A DNA stretch of 64,000 nt from Halarcobacter sp. (GTDB lineage Bacteria > Campylobacterota > Campylobacteria > Campylobacterales > Arcobacteraceae): positions 3,040,001 through 3,104,000 of the forward strand of contig OY781089.1 in NCBI GenBank assembly GCA_963676565.1, written 5' to 3'. How positions within the stretch are numbered: the first letter of the stretch is position 1; every line of letters begins with the position of its first letter. Both the position numbers and the translations under genes were made by a program. The notes below the pieces were generated by a model. It was given only the letters and a program-made list of their open reading frames with translations. It ran no database searches and was not told where the DNA came from. Of the stretch, positions 10,862 through 20,876 are shown piece after piece.

Positions 10862-11533
10862 ATGGATGATTATTCAAAATTAGAAAAGTGTTTGGCTTAT
10901 CAGTTTAAAAATAAAGATCTGATAATCGAAGCACTTACGCATAAAAGTTATAAAAAACCTTATAACAATGAAAGACTTGAGTTTTTAGGGGATGCCGTTT
11001 TAAACTTAATTGTTGGGGAATACCTTTTTAAAAAATTTCCAAAATCAAATGAAGGTGATTTATCAAAAATAAGAGCTAGTTTAGTTAATGAAACAGGTTT
11101 TACAAAACTTGCAAATGATATTAAACTTGGGGATTATATTTATATTTCAAATGCCGAAGAGAGAAATAAAGGTAGAAGTAAAGCTTCAATTTTATCAGAT
11201 GCATTTGAAGCAATCATGGGTGCTATATATTTAGAATCTGGATTAGAAACACTAAAACCAATTATTTTAAACTTATTAGAAAATTCATATGATAAAATCA
11301 ATCTTGATGTTTTATTTAGTGATTACAAAACTGCTTTACAAGAGATAACACAAGCAGAGTTTGGTTCAATTCCAGAATATAAAATTGAAGGTTCTTATGG
11401 ACCTGATCATAAAAAAGAGTTTGAAGTATCAATCTGGATAGATGGTAAATCATATGGAAAAGCTATTGGTAAAAGTAAAAAACTTGCACAGCAAGCTGTT
11501 GCAAAAATAGCAATTGAAAAATTAAAGAAGTAA
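10862..11533 (+). CDS. rnc: Ribonuclease III
   Basis: [12 protein letters not shown] signature and C-terminal dsRBD. Confidence 0.98.
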   Translation: MDDYSKLEKCLAYQFKNKDLIIEALTHKSYKKPYNNERLEFLGDAVLNLIVGEYLFKKFPKSNEGDLSKIRASLVNETGFTKLANDIKLGDYIYISNAEERNKGRSKASILSDAFEAIMGAIYLESGLETLKPIILNLLENSYDKINLDVLFSDYKTALQEITQAEFGSIPEYKIEGSYGPDHKKEFEVSIWIDGKSYGKAIGKSKKLAQQAVAKIAIEKLKK

Positions 11534-11546
11534 GAGAAAAGTTATA

Positions 11547-12620
11547 ATGAATACGTTTGGACAAAAATTTAGATTTACAACATTTGGGGAGAGTCATGGT
11601 AAGGCTTTAGGTTGTGTTGTGGATGGTGTTCCAGCAGGAATTAAAATAGATGAATCTTTTATTCAAAAAGAAATGGATAGAAGAAAACCAGGACAAAATG
11701 CCTATGCAACATCAAGAAAAGAAGGTGACAAGGTTGAGATTTTAAGTGGTGTTTTTGAAGGCATTACAACAGGAACTCCAATCTCTATGGTAATTTTTAA
11801 TGAAAATCAAAAAAGTAAAGATTACTCAAATGTAAAAGATTTATTTAGACCTGGTCACGCAGATTTCACATATTTTCATAAATATGGAATTAGAGATTAC
11901 AGAGGTGGAGGGAGAAGTTCTGCAAGGGAAACAGCAGCAAGAGTTGCAGCTGGAGCTATTGCAAAACTAATGCTTGATGAAATTGGTGCACAAATTCAAA
12001 GTGGTATTTGTGAAGTTGATGGTATAAAAGGAAGTTCTTTTGATTTTGAATATGCTAAAACTTCTGAAATTTTTGCCTTAGATAAATCAAAAGAAGATTT
12101 TCAAAAGGAAGCTATCTTAAATGCAAAAAAAGAGCATAATTCAGTAGGTGGTGTTGCTCTAGTAAATGTAAAAAACTGCCCTATTGGTCTTGGTGAACCA
12201 CTTTATTATAAACTTGATTCACAAATTGCAAATGCAATGATGGGAATCAATGCAGTTAAAGGTGTAGAGATAGGTGATGGTATTGAATCTGTTTCACTAA
12301 AAGGACAAGATAATAATGATGAGATTAGAAGTTCAGGCTTTAAATCAAATCATAGTGGAGGTATGTTAGGTGGTATCTCAAATGGCGATGATATTAATGT
12401 TAAAATTTATTTTAAACCAACACCTTCTATTTTTATAAAACAAGAAACAGTAGATATCAATAATAATGAAGTTGAATGTGAACTAAAAGGTAGACATGAT
12501 CCTTGTGTTGCTGTAAGAGGAAGTGTTGTAGCTGAATCTATGATGGCTTTAGTTTTAGCAGATATGGCTTTATTAAATTTAAGTAGTAATATAAATAATA
12601 TCAAGAAAATTTATAATTAG
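11547..12620 (+). CDS. aroC: Chorismate synthase
   Basis: [21 protein letters not shown] and GRHDPC motifs. Confidence 0.98.
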   Translation: MNTFGQKFRFTTFGESHGKALGCVVDGVPAGIKIDESFIQKEMDRRKPGQNAYATSRKEGDKVEILSGVFEGITTGTPISMVIFNENQKSKDYSNVKDLFRPGHADFTYFHKYGIRDYRGGGRSSARETAARVAAGAIAKLMLDEIGAQIQSGICEVDGIKGSSFDFEYAKTSEIFALDKSKEDFQKEAILNAKKEHNSVGGVALVNVKNCPIGLGEPLYYKLDSQIANAMMGINAVKGVEIGDGIESVSLKGQDNNDEIRSSGFKSNHSGGMLGGISNGDDINVKIYFKPTPSIFIKQETVDINNNEVECELKGRHDPCVAVRGSVVAESMMALVLADMALLNLSSNINNIKKIYN

Positions 12621-12680
12621 TTAAAGTAAATTTTTGTAATATTCATTTCTCCTTTACTTTGGTTAAGTTGAAAGGATGTG

Positions 12681-12707
12681 AGCGGAGTTTATCTCCGCTT
12701 TTTTTTT
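12681..12707 (+). terminator. Intrinsic terminator downstream of aroC
   Basis: AGCGGAG-TTTAT-CTCCGCT followed by a poly-T run. Confidence 0.85.
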
Positions 12708-13044
12708 AACTCAATTTATGTAATTTGTCGTTTATAAAATCACTATATGTATCAAGTACTGTTTTTTTAGAATCTGTAAGGAAAACAGATACACCACTTT
12801 TTTTTAATTCAGATAAAGGTAACTCTTCATTTTCTGGAAGAATTAAAACTCCAAATCTCTCCTGTTTACATTCGTTTACAATTTCGAATGCTGTGTGGGG
12901 ATGTGGATTTTTTATAATCTGAACATCTGAAATATTCTGTCCATTTAAATCTAAAACTGTTAAATATTCCGATTCTTCAAAATTACTTTCAAGAACTGAT
13001 AGATAACTCATCTTTTGATTTGTAGGGAAGACTACTCTAAGCAT
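12706..13044 (-). CDS. NifB/NifX-like (dinitrogenase FeMo-cofactor family) small protein, degenerate
   Basis: Size and pattern (RVVFPT...IIKNP...LKKSGVSVF); divergent from a DUF134 gene, a common pairing. Confidence 0.6.
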   Translation of the reverse strand: MLRVVFPTNQKMSYLSVLESNFEESEYLTVLDLNGQNISDVQIIKNPHPHTAFEIVNECKQERFGVLILPENEELPLSELKKSGVSVFLTDSKKTVLDTYSDFINDKLHKLS

Positions 13045-13327
13045 TTAAACTCCTTAGATTAGATTATTAAATTCAATGCATTTAAAAAAGAAATTGAAAC
13101 ATCAGTCGCTAGGACGTGTGAAAAAAAGTAATGACTAGGGAAAAGACAATTATGTATTTTTATCCTAACCAAACTGATGTTTGAAATATATTCTATTAAA
13201 GCTTATATTTATATACAATTTGTACAATATCGGGAACCATTTGGTTACCGTAGAGAGAAGATCACATATTTCATATTGTATAATTATATATTAAGTGATT
13301 ATTGTGTCAAACTAATAACTGCTTAAA

Positions 13328-13370
13328 TGAACATATGTCAGAATTGTATCAATTTTCTGAACATATGTCA
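13328..13370. promoter_or_regulatory. Two identical near-palindromic boxes TGAACATATGTCA, 30 bp apart (candidate DUF134 operator)
   Basis: Exact 13-bp repeats at 13328-13340 and 13358-13370 upstream of the DUF134 gene. Confidence 0.65.
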
Positions 13371-13426
13371 AGTATAATTCAACTAATTTGTGTTAAAATT
13401 TTAATATATCAATTTTAAGGTTGTAA

Positions 13427-14017
13427 ATGGCAAGAGAAAAACTTGAAAGAAAGTTAGAATTAAAGCCGGTATCTAAGTACTTTGGACCTAAAGATATCCA
13501 AGCTAAACAAGATGTAATTTTATTACATGAAGAGCTTGAAGCGATTCATCTAATGGATTCATTCTGTATGTATCAAGAAGATGCAGCAAAGAAAATGAAT
13601 GTATCAAGGGCTACATTTGCAAGAATTATAAAAAGTGCTAGAAAAAAAATCTCTTTAGCTTTAATTACAGGTAGTAATATAAAAGTTCATGAGATTAAAA
13701 ACGAATTTCATGTTGCAATTTGTTCAAATAGTAATACGAAACTTGAATATTCAAATGCGGATGCGAAGTATATTTGGATCTATTTTATTAAAGATTACAA
13801 ATTAAAGTCTTCAAACTGTATTACGAATCCTGTATATGGGAATAAAGAAGAAGCACCATGTAATATTCTTCCAGATGTGTTGTATGACTATGCTACTAAC
13901 TATTTTATGCTACAAGATATTGATTATGATTTAAAAATCTCTTTGATAGCTAAAGGTATTTATCCAATTTTACAAGAAGATATTACTGAAGATAAGATAG
14001 TAGACTTATTCCAATAA
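13427..14017 (+). CDS. DUF134 (HTH) regulator fused to a NifX-like domain
   Basis: EELEAIHLMD...QEDAAKKMNVSRATFARII...ARKKI pattern of DUF134. Confidence 0.82.
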   Translation: MAREKLERKLELKPVSKYFGPKDIQAKQDVILLHEELEAIHLMDSFCMYQEDAAKKMNVSRATFARIIKSARKKISLALITGSNIKVHEIKNEFHVAICSNSNTKLEYSNADAKYIWIYFIKDYKLKSSNCITNPVYGNKEEAPCNILPDVLYDYATNYFMLQDIDYDLKISLIAKGIYPILQEDITEDKIVDLFQ

Positions 14018-14046
14018 TAAACAATCAGTTAATACTGATTGTTTAT
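14017..14046. terminator. Bidirectional terminator between convergent DUF134 gene and htpX
   Basis: ATAAACAATCAGT-TAAT-ACTGATTGTTTAT perfect inverted repeat. Confidence 0.75.
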
Positions 14047-14894
14047 CCTAACTCATGCTTTAATTCTTCCAATCTAGCAATTCTATCTTCAGTTGTTGGA
14101 TGAGTTCTAAAAAGATTTCCAAAAGATGATTTCATTCCTGAAAATGGATTAATTATAAACATATGAGCAGTTTGTTCTGTGGCATTATGTATTTGATGCC
14201 CCCGTCTTGCATAATTTTCAAGTTTTGACAAAGCACTTTGTAATCCCGCTGGATTTCCTGTTAATCTTGCAGCTCCTTCATCAGCCATGAATTCCCTACT
14301 TCTACTAACACTCATTTGAATTATAGATGCAGCTAGAGGTAAAATAATAGCCATAATAATCATAACAATAGGATTTCCACCTTGTCTATTATTTCCCCCA
14401 AACATTGCACCAAACTGTAAAATATTAGCAAGCATAGCAATTGCACCAGCAAAAACTGCTGCTATTGTACCAATTAAAATATCATAATGTTTTACATGGG
14501 AAAGTTCATGGGCAATAACCCCTTCTAGCTCTTTTTCATTTAACATTTCATATAACCCCATAGTAACTGCAACGGCTGCATTTTCATGGTTTCTTCCTGT
14601 TGCAAAAGCATTTGGAGTATGGTCTGGTATTAAATAAACCTTTGGCATAGGAAGTCCTGCTTTTTGAACCAACCTAAATGTTATTTGATAAATTGGATGT
14701 CTTGTATCTTCAATTGGGGTTGCATTATATTGTTTTAATACATGTTTATCTGAATAGTAATATGCATAAAAATTCATACCTCCTGCAATTAAAAATGCTA
14801 TTAACATACCATTAGTTCCACCGACATAAAAACCAACAAAGACAAATAAAACTGAAAGTAATGCTAATAAAAAAACTGTTTTTACTTGTTCCAT
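14043..14894 (-). CDS. htpX: Zinc metalloprotease HtpX
   Basis: [21 protein letters not shown] and THP motifs. Confidence 0.95.
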   Translation of the reverse strand: MEQVKTVFLLALLSVLFVFVGFYVGGTNGMLIAFLIAGGMNFYAYYYSDKHVLKQYNATPIEDTRHPIYQITFRLVQKAGLPMPKVYLIPDHTPNAFATGRNHENAAVAVTMGLYEMLNEKELEGVIAHELSHVKHYDILIGTIAAVFAGAIAMLANILQFGAMFGGNNRQGGNPIVMIIMAIILPLAASIIQMSVSRSREFMADEGAARLTGNPAGLQSALSKLENYARRGHQIHNATEQTAHMFIINPFSGMKSSFGNLFRTHPTTEDRIARLEELKHELG

Positions 14895-14996
14895 AAGTCT
14901 CCTTTATTTTAAAATTTTAAAAATTCTATCACAATAAAGTTAATAAAATTTTAATAAACTAGTTATAATAATTATAGCAAAGGATAAAAAAATATA

Positions 14997-15497
14997 ATGA
15001 AAAAGTTATTTATAATTAGACATGCAAAATCTGATTGGTCAAACCCTTCATTAGATGATTACGATAGACCTTTAAGTAAAAGAGGTAAAAAGAATGCCCC
15101 ATTTATGGGTAAAATCATTGCAAAAAAAGATATTATCCCAGATTTAATTATCTCAAGTCCTGCTTATAGAGCAAGGGAAACCGCTAAAATAATTGCTGAA
15201 AAAGTTTCATACCAAGAAGAGATAATATACAATGAGTATATCTACGAAGCATCTTTAAAAAGCCTTTTAGAAATTGTTAATTTTATTGAAGATGAATATG
15301 ATGATGTATTTATATTTGGCCATAACCCTGGATTAAATATGTTGGCTTTTTATTTAGTTGACTTCAATGAAAACTTACCCACTTGTGCTGTATTAGAAAT
15401 TGAATTTGATTGTGAGAGTTGGAGAGAAGCTACAAAATCAAATGCTAAACTAATTTCATATGAATACCCAAAGAAATTTAAACAATTAGAAAAATAA
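14997..15497 (+). CDS. SixA-like phosphohistidine phosphatase
   Basis: RHAKS, SSPAYRA and GHNP motifs. Confidence 0.88.
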   Translation: MKKLFIIRHAKSDWSNPSLDDYDRPLSKRGKKNAPFMGKIIAKKDIIPDLIISSPAYRARETAKIIAEKVSYQEEIIYNEYIYEASLKSLLEIVNFIEDEYDDVFIFGHNPGLNMLAFYLVDFNENLPTCAVLEIEFDCESWREATKSNAKLISYEYPKKFKQLEK

Positions 15498-15561
15498 TAG
15501 TTTATTTTTATCAATTTTCAAGTTAAAACCCTTTAAAATTTAAATAATAATTTTTTTTAGA

Positions 15562-16047
15562 ATGGATATTATGAAAACATTATATATTTTAAGACATGCA
15601 CAAAAGGATGAATCAAATCCAGACCAATATGATTATGATGTAGAACTTACACCAAAAGGTGAGGAGGACTCTAAAAAAATTGGTCAAAAATTAAAAGAAA
15701 AAAAAATTTGTCCTGATTTAATTGTATCAAGTCCAGCTATAAGAGCAAGAACTACAGCTGAAATTGTAGCAAAGGAGATTGAGTATCCAAGAAGTGTAAT
15801 GTACAATGAAACAATCTATCAAGCTTTTTTAAATGAAATCATTGAATCAATTACATATACATATGATACTGTTGATACTTTAATGGTTGTGGGACATAAT
15901 CCATCACTCACTGCCCTTGCAATAAGTTTTACAGGATATAAAGAAGAGTTAAAGATGGCAAATGCAATTAGAATAGATTTTGATTGTTCTTCATGGACTT
16001 CAATTGATAAAACCAATGCACATTTTGTAGAGCTAATAGAAATTTAG
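15562..16047 (+). CDS. SixA-like phosphohistidine phosphatase, second paralog
   Basis: RHAQK, SSPAIRA and GHNP motifs. Confidence 0.88.
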   Translation: MDIMKTLYILRHAQKDESNPDQYDYDVELTPKGEEDSKKIGQKLKEKKICPDLIVSSPAIRARTTAEIVAKEIEYPRSVMYNETIYQAFLNEIIESITYTYDTVDTLMVVGHNPSLTALAISFTGYKEELKMANAIRIDFDCSSWTSIDKTNAHFVELIEI

Positions 16048-16049
16048 CT

Positions 16050-17279
16050 CTATTTTAAAAGTTTTCCAGCTAAATTTCCACTAGCAAAAGACCATTGAAG
16101 ATTATAACCACCGCAAGGTCCATCTAAATCCATAACTTCTCCACAAAAATAAAGCCCTTCAATAATTTTACTTTGCATTGTTTTTGGATTTATCTCTTTT
16201 AAGGTAACTCCACCTCTTGTAATCATAGCCTTTTCAAAGCCAACATGATCAATGACTGTTAAAGGAGTATTTACTAATATCTTTACAAGCTTTTCTCTTA
16301 TTTGTCCATTTAAATCTTTAAACTTTTTTGTTAAATCTGCTTCAACTAATAAACATAACTCTTTTACAACAGAATTTGGTAATAAAAGATTTAATACATC
16401 CTCAACATTTTTCTCAGGGTGAGTTTTAATATGTTTAAAAACATCTTCTTCATTCATCCCTTTAATCATATTGATTAATAAAGGAACCTCACCATATTTT
16501 TCTAAAAAAGGTGTAATCTCTCTAGAAAAATCAAGTACAACTGGACCTCTAATTCCTTTTGGAGTAAAGATTAAATCCCCAATCGCTTTTAGATTTTTTG
16601 CTTTTTTTAAATCAATTCTTACAATTGCTTTTGCTATTGTATCAGCCTTACACTTTGCTACCCACTTTTCTTTTGTAATAAGTGGAAGCATTGCTGGATA
16701 AAGTTCTGTGATTTTGTGTCCCAATGATTTAGCAAAATCAAAACCATCTCCATTTGCACCAAGCATAGAAAAACCTAAACCACCAGTTGCAACAATAACA
16801 TTTGGTGCAAAAAAGTCTTCAGTAGTAGTTTTTACACCTTTTATTGTTTCATTTTCACAAATTAAATCTTCAACCTTAGTATTGTTTTTAACTTCTACCT
16901 TTTGATTATAAAGCTCTTCTTCTAGTGCTTTTATGATGGTTCCAGAATTATGACTAATTGGGAAAACCCTAAAACCATCAGGAATATGGGTTTCAACTCC
17001 AATATTATTTAAAAAAAATATTAAATCTTGATAATTGAAGTCATTTAAAGCATCTTGCATAAATCTTCCATTTTTACCAAATCTATTCATAAATTCTTCA
17101 TTTGAAAGTGTATTTGTAAGATTACATTTACCACCACCAGTGGCTTTTAATTTTGGTCCCAATTTTCCCTGCTGTTCACAAAGAAGTACATTTTTGCCAT
17201 CCCTTGCAGCAACAATTGCACTAATCATTCCTGCAGCACCTGAACCTATTACTATTAAATCATATTGCTCATTTTTCAT
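16050..17279 (-). CDS. HI0933/YhiN family flavoprotein
   Basis: GSGAAG, TGGGKCNLTN, TRGGV and GGYNLQ motifs. Confidence 0.9.
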   Translation of the reverse strand: MKNEQYDLIVIGSGAAGMISAIVAARDGKNVLLCEQQGKLGPKLKATGGGKCNLTNTLSNEEFMNRFGKNGRFMQDALNDFNYQDLIFFLNNIGVETHIPDGFRVFPISHNSGTIIKALEEELYNQKVEVKNNTKVEDLICENETIKGVKTTTEDFFAPNVIVATGGLGFSMLGANGDGFDFAKSLGHKITELYPAMLPLITKEKWVAKCKADTIAKAIVRIDLKKAKNLKAIGDLIFTPKGIRGPVVLDFSREITPFLEKYGEVPLLINMIKGMNEEDVFKHIKTHPEKNVEDVLNLLLPNSVVKELCLLVEADLTKKFKDLNGQIREKLVKILVNTPLTVIDHVGFEKAMITRGGVTLKEINPKTMQSKIIEGLYFCGEVMDLDGPCGGYNLQWSFASGNLAGKLLK

Positions 17280-17386
17280 CTTGACATAATATCAAAAAGC
17301 TATTAACAACTAGTTTTATAGTTTAAAAATATTTTTATACAATTAGTTATACAATTCTTAATTATAGTTTAATTAAAGGATTCATT

Positions 17387-18259
17387 ATGACACTTGCTGC
17401 AATTAACACCTATACTCAATACCAAAGAACAGAACTTTCATATGAAGCTAAAATATCCGCTGTAGAAAATGAAGAACTTGAAAATAAAGATTTTGACAAT
17501 GAAGAAGTTAGCAATTATAATCTTCCAATAATTTATGCAAATGAAAATGATTTGACAAATGCTGAGTATTTTCAAAAAAATATTTTACAAAGTATAATAG
17601 GTCGTTTTAATCAAAACCAGGAAGATTATTCTTTATTTCCAAATGGTAATTATTCTTCAAATACATCTAACTCACCATATGAAAACAATATACCTGCTTC
17701 TTTTTATTATGCAGGTCAAAGTGAGTATTATGAAAAGATATCTTTTGAATTTGATGCAAGTGCTACAATCAAAACTCCAGAAGGAGAATACAATATTGAA
17801 TTAAAATTTTCTTTTACTCAAGAGTATTATGAAAAAAATGAAACCCAAATAGCAATAGTTCAAGATGAATTTAAAAATCCATTTGAGATTAATCTTGAGA
17901 AAGATGATAAGTCATTAGAAAATATAAAACAACTAAATTTCATCTTTGCCTCATATAAAGAGGGGAAAAGTGAAAAAGTTGATATATTTGAACAACTAAA
18001 AGAGCTTCTAAGCCAAAGAGATAAAATGATTTTAGAAAAAAATACTTTAGATAATTTTGAAATCTGGCAAAGAAATTCAAAAAATGAGATAAATATAGTT
18101 GCAGCGCAAAAAGATGGCATTGGAGTATTTTTAGCAAATTCTTCTAGTCAATCTAGCCAAATGAGTTTGAAAGCAAATGAAAATGGATACAGTTTTCAAG
18201 CAAGTTATTCAAATCGAAGTAGCCAATATATGGAGTTTACAAAGGATTTAAAAGCCTAA
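17387..18259 (+). CDS. Hypothetical protein, degenerate paralog of the next gene
   Basis: Long ORF with AAGGA RBS; shares several sequence blocks with 18348-19358. Confidence 0.7.
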   Translation: MTLAAINTYTQYQRTELSYEAKISAVENEELENKDFDNEEVSNYNLPIIYANENDLTNAEYFQKNILQSIIGRFNQNQEDYSLFPNGNYSSNTSNSPYENNIPASFYYAGQSEYYEKISFEFDASATIKTPEGEYNIELKFSFTQEYYEKNETQIAIVQDEFKNPFEINLEKDDKSLENIKQLNFIFASYKEGKSEKVDIFEQLKELLSQRDKMILEKNTLDNFEIWQRNSKNEINIVAAQKDGIGVFLANSSSQSSQMSLKANENGYSFQASYSNRSSQYMEFTKDLKA

Positions 18260-18347
18260 GACTCATACAAAAAATAATCTTTTTTATTAAATTTTAATTT
18301 ATATTATATGTAATACAATATAACTTAATCATTAAAAGGAGTTTGCT

Positions 18348-19358
18348 ATGAAAATTGAATCATCTGAAATTATCATGGGTGCAAGAACAAGTTTTAACTT
18401 TGAAATGAAATCATCAACAGAGTTTTCAAGCCAAATCATAAATCAAACTGTAGATATAAAAGATTTAGAAGTAAAACAAGATTTTGTAAAAGTTCAAACC
18501 ACTGAACTTGAAAAAATTTTAGTTTCAAATGAAAATCAATTAAGTCATTTAGATAAATTGAAAAAAATGCTTATAGAACTACTTTTAGGTAAATTCACAA
18601 CGAAAGAAGATTTTACTATTAAACCTACAAAAGAGGACTTAAATAGTGTCCCAATAGCTCTAGTTCAAACAAGAGAAACAAACTTTAAACTTACAAAAGA
18701 GTATTATCAAGAAAGTAATATAGAGTTTAATTCAAAAGCTTTAGTAAAGACAAATAGAGGTGAAATTCATATTGATTTAGATCTTTCCTTTTCACAAAAA
18801 TTTGCTGAAGTACATAAGTCTTCATTTACTACGAAAGAAACTATTTTTATGGATCCTTTAATTATAAATTATGATGGCAATCTAACATCATATGATAATA
18901 TAAGTCCAAAAATGAGATTTGAATTTGATTTAAATAGTAATGGAGAAAATGAATTAATACCTGAACTTAAAAAGGGAGCAGGATTTTTAGCACTTGATAA
19001 AGATGATAATGGGAAAATTGATAATGGAAATGAACTGTTTGGTGCAAATAGTGGTGATGGGTTTAGAGAATTAAGCCAATATGATGAAGATGGAAACTCT
19101 TGGATAGATGAAAATGATTCTGTATTTAATGATCTATTAGTTTGGGAAAGAAATGAAGAAGGAGAAGATTCTCTTATAACACTAGGTCAAGCAGGAATTG
19201 GAGCTATATACTTAGCTGCAACAGATTCCGCATACACATACGCAAGTGGGATTAATGAAAACTATGCCCAATTAAAACAATCTAGTTTTTATCTAAAAGA
19301 AGATGGACAAGCTGGGCTTATTACTAGTGTTGATTTTGCAACAGAACAAGTTGTCTAA
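18348..19358 (+). CDS. Hypothetical acidic protein with DxDxDG-type calcium-binding loops
   Basis: DPLIINYDG, FDLNSNG, FLALDKDDNGKIDNGNELFG and YDEDGNSWIDEND; no signal peptide visible. Confidence 0.75.
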   Translation: MKIESSEIIMGARTSFNFEMKSSTEFSSQIINQTVDIKDLEVKQDFVKVQTTELEKILVSNENQLSHLDKLKKMLIELLLGKFTTKEDFTIKPTKEDLNSVPIALVQTRETNFKLTKEYYQESNIEFNSKALVKTNRGEIHIDLDLSFSQKFAEVHKSSFTTKETIFMDPLIINYDGNLTSYDNISPKMRFEFDLNSNGENELIPELKKGAGFLALDKDDNGKIDNGNELFGANSGDGFRELSQYDEDGNSWIDENDSVFNDLLVWERNEEGEDSLITLGQAGIGAIYLAATDSAYTYASGINENYAQLKQSSFYLKEDGQAGLITSVDFATEQVV

Positions 19359-19419
19359 TAAAATAGAGGGAAATAGAAATATTTAAATAGAGATATTTAT
19401 TTTTGTTAATATCAAAGTA

Positions 19420-19537
19420 AAAATGATTTTTTCAAAAAAATTCAAGGCCAGAGTAAAAATATAAGTAGGAGCATACTGTAGTATGTGACTTTCTATATTT
19501 TTATGACAACGCAGAATTTTAAAGAAAAAATCATTTT
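19420..19537. repeat. Structured palindromic dispersed element, copy 1
   Basis: Nested inverted repeats with a TCAAGGC...AGGAG-hairpin-TGACT...AACGCAGA core shared with 38971-39116. Confidence 0.7.
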
Positions 19538-20874
19538 CCTAGGCAGAATGCACCAAACATTACATCAAGCATCTGGTCATTCTCATAAGGTCTTGTAATA
19601 TTAGAGATATTTTCTAAAGCTTCTTTAATATGATAAGCAAAAAACTCTAACTCACCTGTTTGAAGTGGCATAGTTGATTCATTTATATGAAAAAGTGTTT
19701 GTGATACTGAATCAACTTGTCTTTTTGAAATAAGTGTCATATCATCACTATGTGTATTTGAATCAAGAAGAGTTTCTAATTTATAAACTAAAGGATTAAT
19801 TGTCTCTTTAGTACTTAATTCAATAAACTCATCTTCTAGTTTAGACTTATCAAAATTATTGTCTAAATCTGATTTATTAAGAACTTTGATTATCTCTTTA
19901 TGCTTATTTTCATCGAGTAAAGTTAGAATTTTTTCATCTTCACTATCACAAGTCTTACTATTATCAAAAAGTGCTATAACAATATCAGCTTCATTTACTG
20001 CTTCAATTGATTTTTCTATACCTATTTTTTCAATTACATCTGAAGCATCTCTAATACCAGCTGTATCAACAATTTTTATTATATGAGTACCAACTTTAAC
20101 AGATTCTTCAATTGTATCTCTAGTAGTTCCTGCTATATCAGATATAATTGCTCTATCAAAGTTTAAAAGCTTATTTAAGAGCGAAGATTTTCCAACATTT
20201 GGTTTTCCAACAATTGCTACTTTAAAACCTTCTATTAAACCTTCTCTTCTACGACTAGCTTCTAAAGTATCAGATAACTTAGTTTTGATTTTATTTAGTT
20301 TATTTTCAATTTGCGAATATATATCATCTGGTAAATCTTCTTCTGCATAATCAATATTAACCTCTGTATATGCAAGCATAAAAAGTAAATCTTCTCTAAT
20401 ATCATTTACAAAATTTGTTAATTCACCCTTTAACTGTTTTGCTAATAACTTAACAGCATCTTCACTTCTTGCTTCAATAATTTTAGCAATTGCTTCAGCT
20501 TTTGTAAGGTCAATTTTTCCATTTAAAAAAGCTCTTTTTGAAAACTCTCCAGGCTGAGCAACCCTTGCTCCAAGTTTAATTACTTCACTCATAATAATAT
20601 TTGAAATAGCAATACCACCATGACATTGAAATTCAACAATATCTTCACCTGTAAAAGAAAATGGATTTTTAAAATATATTAAAAGTGCCTCATCAATAAC
20701 TTCATCATTTGAATTATAAATTGAAGAAAGCGTTGCAAGACGTGGTTTTAAGTCAGTTTTTTTTGAAAGTTTTAGAGCTATGGGTAAAGCATCTTTACCA
20801 CTAACTCTAATAATTGAGATTGAACCAATACCATTAGCTGTAGCAATGGCAACTATTGTTTCATCATTAAGCAA
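19531..20874 (-). CDS. mnmE: tRNA modification GTPase MnmE
   Basis: GKPNVGKSS, GTTRD, DTAG and C-terminal FCLGK. Confidence 0.98.
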   Translation of the reverse strand: MLNDETIVAIATANGIGSISIIRVSGKDALPIALKLSKKTDLKPRLATLSSIYNSNDEVIDEALLIYFKNPFSFTGEDIVEFQCHGGIAISNIIMSEVIKLGARVAQPGEFSKRAFLNGKIDLTKAEAIAKIIEARSEDAVKLLAKQLKGELTNFVNDIREDLLFMLAYTEVNIDYAEEDLPDDIYSQIENKLNKIKTKLSDTLEASRRREGLIEGFKVAIVGKPNVGKSSLLNKLLNFDRAIISDIAGTTRDTIEESVKVGTHIIKIVDTAGIRDASDVIEKIGIEKSIEAVNEADIVIALFDNSKTCDSEDEKILTLLDENKHKEIIKVLNKSDLDNNFDKSKLEDEFIELSTKETINPLVYKLETLLDSNTHSDDMTLISKRQVDSVSQTLFHINESTMPLQTGELEFFAYHIKEALENISNITRPYENDQMLDVMFGAFCLGK

Positions 20875-20876
20875 TT

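Noticed and set aside
12706..14017. Nitrogen fixation genes
   Set aside because: Only NifX-fold domains are present, without nifHDK/ENB; this fold is common in non-diazotrophs.
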